This document shows positions 23,301 to 31,241 of a DNA stretch of 64,000 bases, in pieces; within the stretch, counting starts at the first letter, position 1; every line of letters starts with the position of its first letter. The notes under the pieces are model-generated. The model made no database searches. It was not told where the DNA came from and saw only the letters and a list, made by a program, of their open reading frames with translations. The position numbers and the translations under genes were made by a program. The stretch is from an uncultured Gemmatimonadales bacterium (GTDB taxonomy: Bacteria; Gemmatimonadota; Gemmatimonadetes; Gemmatimonadales; GWC2-71-9): positions 85,952-149,951 of the forward strand of contig CAVOGR010000004.1 in assembly GCA_963695555.1 (NCBI GenBank). Direction: 5' to 3'.

Positions 23301-23884
23301 CCCATGACCTGTGGCGTGGAGCGGTCGGAACAGACACGGCCAAATTCGATCCCTTCCTGCAAAACGTGAACATGAGCTTCGCGCTCTCCACCCGGACAGT
23401 TCGGTCATTTCTCGGACTGTTCGGGTTAGGCAGCGGAAGCGCAGCCCAGGAAGGCGACGAGGAGCCGCCGCCCAGCTACCTGGCTCAATCCGGCCGAGGG
23501 TTGGGCCGGACCGGAGCCTTCAACACCGATATGCCGGAAGGCGGCGCCCGGCGGCCCTTCTCGGCGAACGTCAATTTTTCGTTGTCGCGCGTCAGACCGC
23601 TTCCGGGAGCGACCTCATCGGTGGCGGATCGCCAGAACCTGGGATTCAGCACCAGCTTCTCCCCGACGCCGTTCTGGGGGGTTTCGTGGTCGACGCAATA
23701 CAACATTACCGACAAGAAGTTCGAGTCCCAGATCGTGCGCTTGGAGCGGGACCTACACGACTGGCGGGCCCGCTTCGAATTCATCCGCAACGCCAACGGC
23801 AACTTCGCCTTCTTCTTCTCGATCTACCTCACCAGCCTGCCCGATCTGAAGTTCGACTACGACCAGCGTACGATCTCGAACTGA
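20378..23884 (+). CDS. tatC-lptD: TatC (aa ~1-240) fused to an LptD-like LPS-assembly protein (aa ~267-1168) through an internal signal-peptide-like segment
   Basis: TatC: MPFLDHLEELRVRI, YQVWAFLSPALY, FELP, LTPAD, LYE. LptD-like: TSCDLPEPHYHF, VPVLWLPF, RRSGILVPQFG, GYYWAPNDY, C-terminal RDLHDW...DLKFDYDQ. No stop between the two parts. Confidence 0.85.
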   Translation: MTSPAGEMPFLDHLEELRVRIFKVLAAVVVGVVVGFWVVQRFKVIAILKQPIEPYLPSGKLTVLSPTEPILIVLKLALVVGLVLASPVIIYQVWAFLSPALYAREKRALIPGLVVGLFLFLVGAAGGFLVIVPAALRILLSIEPDTLQTMITFGFYFSFVTQLSLAMGASFELPLLLMLLTWLGVVTPAKLRRFRRFALVLAALLGALLTPADVTSMVILTSILVVLYEVGVLGSVLVAKRRARTTGGPGALLVVGLLLTAGSLSAQVPTKPPLVRPPKTARTPTDTVTGAPLPQPGQALDTASARRVGLPTGPTRQFAQPDSMVQALLARPGFRVTRYSADTATLFAAERRMLLDGRALTEREGTTLEADHIRYRDAECLLDASGDPRLFDAGSVLVGEGIGYNTCTRRGFVTNALTSFPEGSTVWFLRGNIAQDSSSSRIYAASSEITSCDLPEPHYHFAAREVKWISKNVLVARPAVLYISDVPVLWLPFVFQDTRPGRRSGILVPQFGLNDLVRTSGGYSRQVTNVGYYWAPNDYIDITGRLDWYSDRYLQLGLAGRYRWLNRFANGEIAYSNQRESGGASSTSIRWLHQQSFDLTTSVNLSFNYVSNTTITSRNAIDPLLNTQQITSALNLSKRYRWGTVTLGGNRRQSLSDNSTTTQFPAITISPKPLDIASDITWSPSLSFVQNRASNTPGGTVLIARAGGGLDSLTLTGSSRTTSVSVATPFRIGSFNWQNTLSLNDRKNEGRIVETFRVPDPGSSNPADSLTVSRVTTGDFETGIDWTTGINLPVLLRRTWKLQPVLGIANTTGGPFLLRNRRTGGDFVSQGKRFALVLNVTPTLFGFLPGFGPLSRIRHSISPIISYSYSPKATIPEDYARAITPEGQAPRRTSDAAQRLSIGLSQNFEGKTRPAPGDTSDTPATRKLRLLSIATSPIVYDFEQAKKPGRTGWVTSTLTNTFQTDLLPSFSLSMTHDLWRGAVGTDTAKFDPFLQNVNMSFALSTRTVRSFLGLFGLGSGSAAQEGDEEPPPSYLAQSGRGLGRTGAFNTDMPEGGARRPFSANVNFSLSRVRPLPGATSSVADRQNLGFSTSFSPTPFWGVSWSTQYNITDKKFESQIVRLERDLHDWRARFEFIRNANGNFAFFFSIYLTSLPDLKFDYDQRTISN

Positions 23885-24016
23885 TGTCCTCGCCAAGTGA
23901 CATCCGTTCCCCGGGCTGACTTACGCAAGTGCTTGTCCTCAAAGGATCTATGGCTCCCGCCGGTCTGGCACGCTCTCTGCCATAGGTTTGGATGGACTCC
24001 CTCCTCGGAGATACTC

Positions 24017-25150
24017 ATGCGACGCTTGTTGCTCGCCTTGCCCATACTTCTCGTGATGGCATGTTCGGGAGACGACACCGTCTTCGGTGGCGGCGGCACG
24101 GTCGCCGCTCCACAAAACCTCTTCTACGTCGTTGAGCCCAACGGCACTGGGAATTCTCCAACCGGTATCCTGCTGCGTTGGGACGACGATCCCGACCCCG
24201 ATCTGGCGGTCTGGCATGTGTATTCCCGGGGGAGCAGCTCGGGCACCTTCGGGCTCCGTGGCTCCACCACTTCCAATTCATTCCATGATCAGGGCGTGCC
24301 GCACCTCGAGTACTACGTGACCGCTGAAGATCTGGACGGATTCGAATCCGGCCCCAGCAACGTGATCACGGTCGATGAGCGTCTCACGTTGCAGGCACCC
24401 AGTTCGCTGTCCAGCACCTCGCTCAATGGCGCCATTGCCCTCACCTGGTCCGATAACGCGTTTACCTCGGATCCGGCGGGCTTCAGCCAGTACCGCGTGT
24501 ACAGCGTGGGATACGACCTCGATGCCGGATTGTGCGACCTCGACTGGGCGCTGGAAGGCACCACGGTCGCACCGGAGTTCGTGGCCGGCGCGCTCCTCAA
24601 TGGCGCCCCCCGGTGTTTCGGCGTCTCCGCTGTGAGCGTGGAGGGCTGGGAGAGCCTCTGGTCTCCGATCCGGGACGATACGCCCCGACCCGACGCCAGA
24701 AACGTGGTGGTGTGGACCAGTCAAGCTGATGTCACCCAAAGCGGATTCCGCTTCTGGCGCGACCTGAACCTCGACGGGTTGGCTCAACTGTCCGAACTTG
24801 GCCGGATAGGGGCCGGCACCGCGCCGGATATCGACTTCTCATTTGAGCGGAATCCTTCGGGCCTGGTCTTCTTCCGGCCAGTCAGGCTCGGGACCGGTGT
24901 CCTCTCGGTCGGTCAAGTCGCCGATCTGACCAGCATCGACTTCGCGCCCAATGCCGCATACGGCACGGGCCAGATCGAGGCGCTTCCAGGTAATGGATAC
25001 ATCTTCGAGATGGACGGCGGCGACGGTTTCGCCCGCTACGGTGCCATCCGCGCGACCCACGTGGGTCAGAATTTCGTGATCCTCGACTGGGCTTTCCAGA
25101 CCGACCCCGGCAACCCGGAACTCCTGGTTGGGGGTATCGGCGGCGGCTGA
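24017..25150 (+). CDS. Lipoprotein with two FN3-like repeats and an uncharacterised C-terminal domain
   Basis: GGAG RBS, lipobox VMAC; two P.NL/P.SL...L.W...VYS...V.A...G.ES units. Confidence 0.7.
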   Translation: MRRLLLALPILLVMACSGDDTVFGGGGTVAAPQNLFYVVEPNGTGNSPTGILLRWDDDPDPDLAVWHVYSRGSSSGTFGLRGSTTSNSFHDQGVPHLEYYVTAEDLDGFESGPSNVITVDERLTLQAPSSLSSTSLNGAIALTWSDNAFTSDPAGFSQYRVYSVGYDLDAGLCDLDWALEGTTVAPEFVAGALLNGAPRCFGVSAVSVEGWESLWSPIRDDTPRPDARNVVVWTSQADVTQSGFRFWRDLNLDGLAQLSELGRIGAGTAPDIDFSFERNPSGLVFFRPVRLGTGVLSVGQVADLTSIDFAPNAAYGTGQIEALPGNGYIFEMDGGDGFARYGAIRATHVGQNFVILDWAFQTDPGNPELLVGGIGGG

Positions 25151-25261
25151 GTGTAGACACGCACGCCCCAGAACAGAGGCGGTGTGTGGGGGCCAAACTC
25201 TCAATTCCAGGCGGACCATAGGGCCGCGGACAGGTAGAGTTGAGAGGCCCGCGCACCGCCC

Positions 25262-25290
25262 TTGTTATTGAGCCTCCCTGCCGCCACTTT
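25262..25290 (+). promoter_or_regulatory. Possible sigma70 promoter giving a leaderless hutH mRNA
   Basis: TTGTTA-N17-CACTTT, 6 nt before ATG 25297; no clear SD. Confidence 0.35.
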
Positions 25291-25296
25291 CGGCGG

Positions 25297-26844
25297 ATGA
25301 CATCAGCGACCGTCGCCCTCGACGGCTCCTCCCTGACCATCGACGAGGTCGTTCGCGTTGCCCGCGACCCCACAGTGACGGTTACGCTCGCTCCCGCGGC
25401 GGTCGATGGTGTCGCGCGGAGCCGTGCTCGAATCGAGGCGGCACTCGAGCACGGCGACACCATCTATGGCATCAACACGGGCTTCGGCAAGCTGGCCAAC
25501 GTCCGGATCGCGCCGGATGCCCTGGACCGGCTCCAGGAGAATCTCATTCGGAGTCACTGTGCCGGGGTGGGTGATCCGCTTCCGGCCGACATCGTGCGCG
25601 CCAGTATGCTGCTTCGCGCCAACGTACTCCTGCGCCCGACGAGCGGGGTCCGCCCGGAACTCCTCCACGCATTGCGGAACCTGGTGAACAGCGGTCTCGT
25701 CCCCGTGGTACCCGAGCAGGGCAGCGTCGGGGCCAGTGGCGACCTTGCCCCCCTCAGTCACATCGCGTTGGTCCTCATGGGAGAGGGTGACGTCCTCACC
25801 GAAAGCGGGGAGCGGTTGGGTGCCGCCACCGCCCTCAGCGAGGCTGGTCTCACGCCTCACCGTTTCGGTACCAAGGAGGGATTGGCGTTCATCAATGGCA
25901 CGCAAGTGCAGACGGCGGTCCTTGCCCTCGCGGTCCACGACGCCTGGGTGCTCTGGAGGAGCGCGCTTGGGGCCGCGGCCATGAGCCTCGAGGCGCTCCG
26001 GGGGACCCCGATCCCGCTCGACCCTCGAATCCACGCCGCCAGGCCACATGACGGCCAGCAGTTGGCCGCGGCGCTGATGCGGGCGCTCGTCGACCAGAGC
26101 GAAATTCGCGAGTCTCATCGCGACAACGATCCACGCGTCCAGGACGCGTACAGTGTGCGATGCGCGCCGCAGGTGATGGGTGCCGTGGCCGATGCTATCC
26201 GCTTTGCCGAGCAGACGGTCAGGATCGAGCTCAACGCGTCGACCGACAATCCGCTCGTCTTCGAGAACGGCGACGTGCTGTCCGGCGGTAACTTCCACGG
26301 GCAGCCGATCGCTCAGGCGCTGGACATCCTCGCCATCGCGTTGACCACGCTCCAAGGCCTCGCCGAACGTCGCATCGAGCGACTGGTCAATCCCGATCTG
26401 TCGCAGGGGCTTCCGGCATTCCTCACCAGCGATCCCGGGCTGAGTTCGGGATACATGATGGTTCAGGTCACTGCCGCCTCATTGGTGGCCGAATCGCGGA
26501 CCCTCGCGTACCCGGCGAGCGTGACATCGATCCCGACGGATGCCAATCAAGAGGACTTCGTGCCGATGAGCATGGCGGCCGCGTTCAAGACGCGGCGCGT
26601 GCTGGCAAATGCGCGGCGGGTGGTCGCCGTGGAGTTTCTCTGTGCGGCCCAGGGACTGGACTTCCTCCACCCGCTGAAGTCGGGTCGGGGTGTCGCCGAC
26701 CTCTATCGTCGGATCCGAGCGGATCATCCACCGATCCAGCCCCTGGACGCCGACCGCCCGCCGGCGCCTGACATCGAGCAGCTCACCTCCCGGATTGCCC
26801 AGGGCGCCCTCGATCCCCTGGCGTACCTGCCGTCGGAGCGCTGA
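25297..26844 (+). CDS. hutH: Histidine ammonia-lyase
   Basis: YGINTGFG, LIRSH (His-specificity pair), GASGDL (MIO-forming ASG), KEGLAFINGT, QDAYSVRC, GGNFHG. Confidence 0.93.
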   Translation: MTSATVALDGSSLTIDEVVRVARDPTVTVTLAPAAVDGVARSRARIEAALEHGDTIYGINTGFGKLANVRIAPDALDRLQENLIRSHCAGVGDPLPADIVRASMLLRANVLLRPTSGVRPELLHALRNLVNSGLVPVVPEQGSVGASGDLAPLSHIALVLMGEGDVLTESGERLGAATALSEAGLTPHRFGTKEGLAFINGTQVQTAVLALAVHDAWVLWRSALGAAAMSLEALRGTPIPLDPRIHAARPHDGQQLAAALMRALVDQSEIRESHRDNDPRVQDAYSVRCAPQVMGAVADAIRFAEQTVRIELNASTDNPLVFENGDVLSGGNFHGQPIAQALDILAIALTTLQGLAERRIERLVNPDLSQGLPAFLTSDPGLSSGYMMVQVTAASLVAESRTLAYPASVTSIPTDANQEDFVPMSMAAAFKTRRVLANARRVVAVEFLCAAQGLDFLHPLKSGRGVADLYRRIRADHPPIQPLDADRPPAPDIEQLTSRIAQGALDPLAYLPSER

Positions 26845-26860
26845 TCGTGCGGGCTTCGGG

Positions 26861-26889
26861 TTGCTCCGCTTTGGGGGGACCCCTATCTT
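26861..26889 (+). promoter_or_regulatory. Sigma70-like promoter for the TPR/polyprenyl synthase/tatA run
   Basis: TTGCTC-N17-TATCTT in the intergenic gap. Confidence 0.5.
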
Positions 26890-26959
26890 TTGCTCGGGGT
26901 GTGTCGGGACGCTAAGTACAAGTCATTTCGCTCTTTCCCCTCGTCTGATAGTGAGCTGA

Positions 26960-29623
26960 ATGAACCTCAAGAAGCTCAAAGAGTCTGCTAGAAAACACGA
27001 GCAGAAAGAGGATTGGCCGACAGCCGTCAAGATCTATCTACGGGCAATCGAGGCGTCTGAATCCGGCCTCGAACCGGTGCCGGATCTCTCCCTGTACAAT
27101 AGGGTCGGCGATCTTTACATGAAGCTCAACGATACCGCTCGGGCCGTGAAGACCTACGAGCGGGCCGTCGATCTGTATGCCGACCAGGGGTTTGCCAACA
27201 ACGCCATCGCCATCTGCGGCAAGATCCTCCGGGTCAACCCCGGCCGCATGCACACCTACCTTACGCTCGCCAAGCTGTACGCGCGGAAGAACTTTGTGGT
27301 CGATGCCAAGAAGAATCTGCTCGAGTATCTCGACCGCATGAACAAGGCCAACCGACGCGACGAGGCCTTTCGCGAAGTAACCGGCTTTGCCGAGCAATTC
27401 CACGGCGAAGCCGAAATCCGGGACATGTTGCGCGAGTTGGTTCAGGCGGCCTCGCGGGAGACACACTCCGCTGAGCAGCTGGACAAGCTCGCGGCCCAGT
27501 TGGAGGCGGGACCCGCTGGGGCATCGACCGGCGATGTAGGTGTGGGGTCGGCTGCATCGAGGCAGGGGAGGAGGCCGGGGGAGCTGGTTTTCCTGGACAC
27601 CAGCGCCGCTCTCCCGGCGGAGCCCCTGTTGGAGCCGCTCCCGGAGGTCCCGGAGCCGCCGGTCGAGGCTCCGCCCGAACCTCCAGTCCAACCACCGGAA
27701 GTGACTAGCCCGACATCGGATCTCCCATTGATCGATCTCGGCGATGAGGCTTCTGCAGAGACCTTGGCACCTGACTCCGGGCTCGAGCTGGAAGAGGAGT
27801 TTGGCGGCGAGAGCCTGCTTGATGGTGATGCCGTGTCGGAGCAATTGGCAGACGATGTGCCGGAGCTCGAAGGTGTCGAGCCAACTGCCCTCGCGGGCGA
27901 TGATTCGGCAGATGTGGAAGTCTTGGAGGGGCTGGAGGTCGGCGGGGGCCTCACCATCGAAGATCAATTGGAGGGGGAAGAGCAGGAGCTGGAAGAAGGA
28001 GTTGAGCCCACGGCACTCGACGGCGTTGAACTCGAATCCGTCCCCACCCGGTTGGAAGATCTCGAGGTCGCTGAGTTCGAGGACCTCGATGGCGCGGAGC
28101 CCGGACCGGTCACGATGGATGAGCAGGCCCTCGAGGCCGATGCCGCGGCCGAAGTCGGCTCGGAAGAAGAGGTTGAGCTCCAACCGGTAGATCAGGTCGA
28201 GGAGCTCGACACTGTCGGTTCGTGGGACACGGATGCCCCCGAATTCGTTAAGGAGGCCGGACAGGCCGATCAGGAGCCGCCCGAGGAGGCTTGGGCGGAG
28301 GAGGATGTTCAGGGAGAGGGTCCGGCCGCCGCGCTGCCATGGCTATCGGGTGAAGAGGCCGCCGGGGATCTGGAAGACCCTGACCTTGCGGGGGCGGAGC
28401 CGAACTGGGTCGATGAGGATGCGGTTGAGGCCGAGGCCGAGGCCGAGGAGAAAGCCGCGGAGCCGCTCGAAGTGTCCGGATTCGCGGCGGAGGACGAGGC
28501 GGTCGAAGAGGACGAATTCCCTGCGTTTGAAGCGCCCGCCGCCGACGAGATGCCCCCAAGCTCGCCGGGATGGGCACCCCAGGGTGTTGGGACGATGGAC
28601 CTCGTGCAGGCGGACATCGCCGGACTCGAGCAACAGCTGGCGCAAAGCCCGAACGATCCCTTCGCCCACCGGGCTCTTGGCGAAGGGTTGATCACGGCCG
28701 GATCGAAAGAGCGCGGACTGTACGAGCTCGAATTGGCTCTGGCAGGGTTCGAAGCGCGGCAGGATTGGGGACGGAGCACGGACGTGCTCCGGGAACTCGT
28801 CCGCCTCGACCCTAACCGGATCTGGTACTACCAGAAGCGGGTGGAACTGGCCTTTCGCTCCGGAGAAAAGGGACGCTTGGTGGAGGCGTACCTCGAACTC
28901 GGTGATGTCCTGGTGCGGGTGGGCTCGCTCGAAAAGGCGCTCGCCGTGTATGGCCGCGTCTTGGAACACGATCCCGCGAATGAGTTTGCCAGCGCTGCCC
29001 TGGACGTGCTCCGGCCGGCGAGGCCTGCCGAAGTGGATCAGCCGGCGAGGCCGTCGCGCCGCCGCGCAGACGCCGATGCCGAGCGAACAGAGGAAGAATA
29101 CGTCGACCTCGGTGCACTCGTGCTCGAGCCCCGGCCGCGGCGCGACACCCGTATCCGGGTCGGGGATGAAGAGCCGACGGGTGACGAGGAACGGGACTTC
29201 GAGCTGATGCTCGAGCAGTTCAAGGCCGCGCTGGAGGAGAGCCTGACTGACGAGGATTACCAAGCCCACTACGACCTCGGCGTCGCCTTCAAGGAAATGG
29301 GCTTGTTGGACGAGGCGATCGCCGAGTTCCAGAAGGCCCTTCGAGCGCCGGAGGGCCGCTTGCGGACGTCCGAAGCGTTGGGAGTGTCGTTCTACGAGAA
29401 GGGACAATATGCCGTGGCCGAAGCAATCCTTCGCCGTGCGGTGGACGGAATCTCCGGATTGGACGACGAGAAGATCGGTCTGTTGTACTGGCTCGGACGT
29501 TCGACGGAGTCGCTGGGTCGAGTCCGTGAGGCCCTCAAGGCTTATGAGCGCGCGATGGCGGTGGATGTCGGCTTCATGGACATCAACGAGCGGGTCCGGC
29601 GGCTCGAGGCGGGGTCCGCATGA
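26960..29623 (+). CDS. Large TPR protein with a long Asp/Glu-rich linker
   Basis: N-terminal TPRs (LYNRVGDLY), acidic low-complexity centre, C-terminal TPRs (HYDLGVAFKEMGLLDEAIAEFQKA); no signal peptide. Confidence 0.85.
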   Translation: MNLKKLKESARKHEQKEDWPTAVKIYLRAIEASESGLEPVPDLSLYNRVGDLYMKLNDTARAVKTYERAVDLYADQGFANNAIAICGKILRVNPGRMHTYLTLAKLYARKNFVVDAKKNLLEYLDRMNKANRRDEAFREVTGFAEQFHGEAEIRDMLRELVQAASRETHSAEQLDKLAAQLEAGPAGASTGDVGVGSAASRQGRRPGELVFLDTSAALPAEPLLEPLPEVPEPPVEAPPEPPVQPPEVTSPTSDLPLIDLGDEASAETLAPDSGLELEEEFGGESLLDGDAVSEQLADDVPELEGVEPTALAGDDSADVEVLEGLEVGGGLTIEDQLEGEEQELEEGVEPTALDGVELESVPTRLEDLEVAEFEDLDGAEPGPVTMDEQALEADAAAEVGSEEEVELQPVDQVEELDTVGSWDTDAPEFVKEAGQADQEPPEEAWAEEDVQGEGPAAALPWLSGEEAAGDLEDPDLAGAEPNWVDEDAVEAEAEAEEKAAEPLEVSGFAAEDEAVEEDEFPAFEAPAADEMPPSSPGWAPQGVGTMDLVQADIAGLEQQLAQSPNDPFAHRALGEGLITAGSKERGLYELELALAGFEARQDWGRSTDVLRELVRLDPNRIWYYQKRVELAFRSGEKGRLVEAYLELGDVLVRVGSLEKALAVYGRVLEHDPANEFASAALDVLRPARPAEVDQPARPSRRRADADAERTEEEYVDLGALVLEPRPRRDTRIRVGDEEPTGDEERDFELMLEQFKAALEESLTDEDYQAHYDLGVAFKEMGLLDEAIAEFQKALRAPEGRLRTSEALGVSFYEKGQYAVAEAILRRAVDGISGLDDEKIGLLYWLGRSTESLGRVREALKAYERAMAVDVGFMDINERVRRLEAGSA

Positions 29624-30612
29624 CGGGGCAGGGCACAGCTGGGATTGGTCTTGCCGACATCCAGGGGCAGCTCCTTCCCCGACTCACCGCCGTCCGCCGA
29701 GAATTGCGGCGGATCGTGGAGACGGATTTCGCGCTGATTTCTCTGGCAAATGCCCACCTCATGCAGATGCAGGGAAAACTGTTCCGGCCGACCCTGGTGT
29801 TGTTGGCCGAGCAGGCGACGGGACCGGCGCGGCCGCGGGCGATTACGCTGGCGGCGGTGGTGGAGTTGATTCATCTCGCCACTCTCGTGCACGACGATTC
29901 GGTGGATCATTCCGTGCTCCGCCGCGGGATGCCGACCTTGAACGCGCTGTTCAGTCACCAGGTGTCCGTGATCATGGGCGATTATCTCTACTCGCGCGCC
30001 GTGATCGAATTGGTGCGGTTGAACGACCTCGAACCGCTCCGCATCCTGGCGCGAGTCACCAACGAGATGACGATCGGGGAGATGCGCCAGCTGACGGCGC
30101 ATGACCCTTTGGCGTTTACCGAAGCCGATTACGATTTGTTGATTCGCTCCAAGACGGCCTCCCTCCTGTCCGGGGCATGTGAAGTTGGTGCCCTCAGCGC
30201 AGATCCTCCCGCCCGTGCGGCACTCCGGCGTTTCGGCGACAATTTGGGTATGGCGTTTCAGATCATCGACGACTTGATCGACTACACCGAGGAGGAGGCG
30301 ACCACCGGCAAACCTTCCGGATCGGACCTCCGGGAGCACAAGGTGACCCTCCCCTTGATTTACGCCTTGCCCAGGCTGTCCGCCTCGGAGCGAGGGGTCA
30401 TCGACGAGCTGATGGCAACCGTCGAACCGTCGGATGACTTGATCGCTACTGTGATCGAGCTCGTGGCCGGTGCCGGTGGCTTGGCGTATGCCCGGGAGCG
30501 GGCCCAGCAGTTTTGCGACCAAGCCGAGGCGGAACTGGACAATCTGATCCCCTCGCCAGCCTGCGAGGCGCTCCGGGCGAGTCTCACCTACCTGCTCGAA
30601 CGGCGGAGTTGA
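29620..30612 (+). CDS. Long-chain trans-polyprenyl diphosphate synthase (IspB-like)
   Basis: GKLFRP, ATLVHDDSVD..LRRG, FQIIDDLID, GKPSGSDLREHKVTLP. Confidence 0.93.
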   Translation: MTGQGTAGIGLADIQGQLLPRLTAVRRELRRIVETDFALISLANAHLMQMQGKLFRPTLVLLAEQATGPARPRAITLAAVVELIHLATLVHDDSVDHSVLRRGMPTLNALFSHQVSVIMGDYLYSRAVIELVRLNDLEPLRILARVTNEMTIGEMRQLTAHDPLAFTEADYDLLIRSKTASLLSGACEVGALSADPPARAALRRFGDNLGMAFQIIDDLIDYTEEEATTGKPSGSDLREHKVTLPLIYALPRLSASERGVIDELMATVEPSDDLIATVIELVAGAGGLAYARERAQQFCDQAEAELDNLIPSPACEALRASLTYLLERRS

Positions 30613-30884
30613 TGGCCACCGGACCGCATCGGCCGGGCTTCTACCTGGGTGTGCTGATCTCGGGTTTCATCACCGGCGGCTTCGTCACGGCGCTGCTCGC
30701 CCGCTTTCTGCCGGACAGCACCTTCAAACAGGTCTTCGTCAGCACCTGGACGCCGACGGTCGGCCCTGTCTCTGTCGACCTCCTAGTGGTAAACTTCACG
30801 GTAGGGCCGGTTGGACTGGCCGTGTCGGTCTTGAGCCTCGTCGGCGTGATCATCGCCTACTTCGTGGCGCGTTCGCTCTTTTAA
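30612..30884 (+). CDS. Small membrane protein (DUF4321-like)
   Basis: Two hydrophobic segments around PVSVDLLVVNFT; TGATG coupling. Confidence 0.6.
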   Translation: MATGPHRPGFYLGVLISGFITGGFVTALLARFLPDSTFKQVFVSTWTPTVGPVSVDLLVVNFTVGPVGLAVSVLSLVGVIIAYFVARSLF

Positions 30885-30896
30885 GGTGGTGGCGCT

Positions 30897-31142
30897 ATGG
30901 GCATCGGGAACTTGGGATTCGGTGAAATTCTCATCATTCTGGTGGTGCTGCTCCTCGTGTTCGGGGCTCGTCGCTTGCCGGAAATCGGGGCGTCCTTGGG
31001 GAAGGGGATCCGCGAATTCAAGCGAAGCATCACGGAAACGAGCGATGCGGTGACGCGGGGCAACGATCAGGAGCCGCCGGCTCGACAAATCGATGCGCAG
31101 GCATCACCGACGGACGGTGAGCCGAAGCGCTTGTCCCAATAG
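30897..31142 (+). CDS. tatA: Twin-arginine translocase TatA
   Basis: LGFGEILIILVVLLLVFGARRLPEIGASLGKGIREFK. Confidence 0.95.
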   Translation: MGIGNLGFGEILIILVVLLLVFGARRLPEIGASLGKGIREFKRSITETSDAVTRGNDQEPPARQIDAQASPTDGEPKRLSQ

Positions 31143-31171
31143 CGGTCGAGCATCTCCGGCAGGGGCCTGAG

Positions 31172-31211
31172 GTGAGCGGGGCGGTTCGACTGGTCGAACC
31201 GCCCCGCTCAC
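31172..31211. terminator. Perfect inverted repeat between convergent tatA and ppiD-like genes (probable bidirectional terminator)
   Basis: GTGAGCGGGGCGGTTCGAC-TG-GTCGAACCGCCCCGCTCAC, 19-nt arms. Confidence 0.75.
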
Positions 31212-31241
31212 ATTTCGGGAATGATCTCGAGCGCGCGACTG

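Noticed and set aside
25297..26844. Stand-alone ammonia-lyase as a PAL/TAL for secondary metabolism
   Set aside because: The LIRSH specificity pair is the histidine type and no biosynthetic genes are adjacent; the other hut genes may lie elsewhere.
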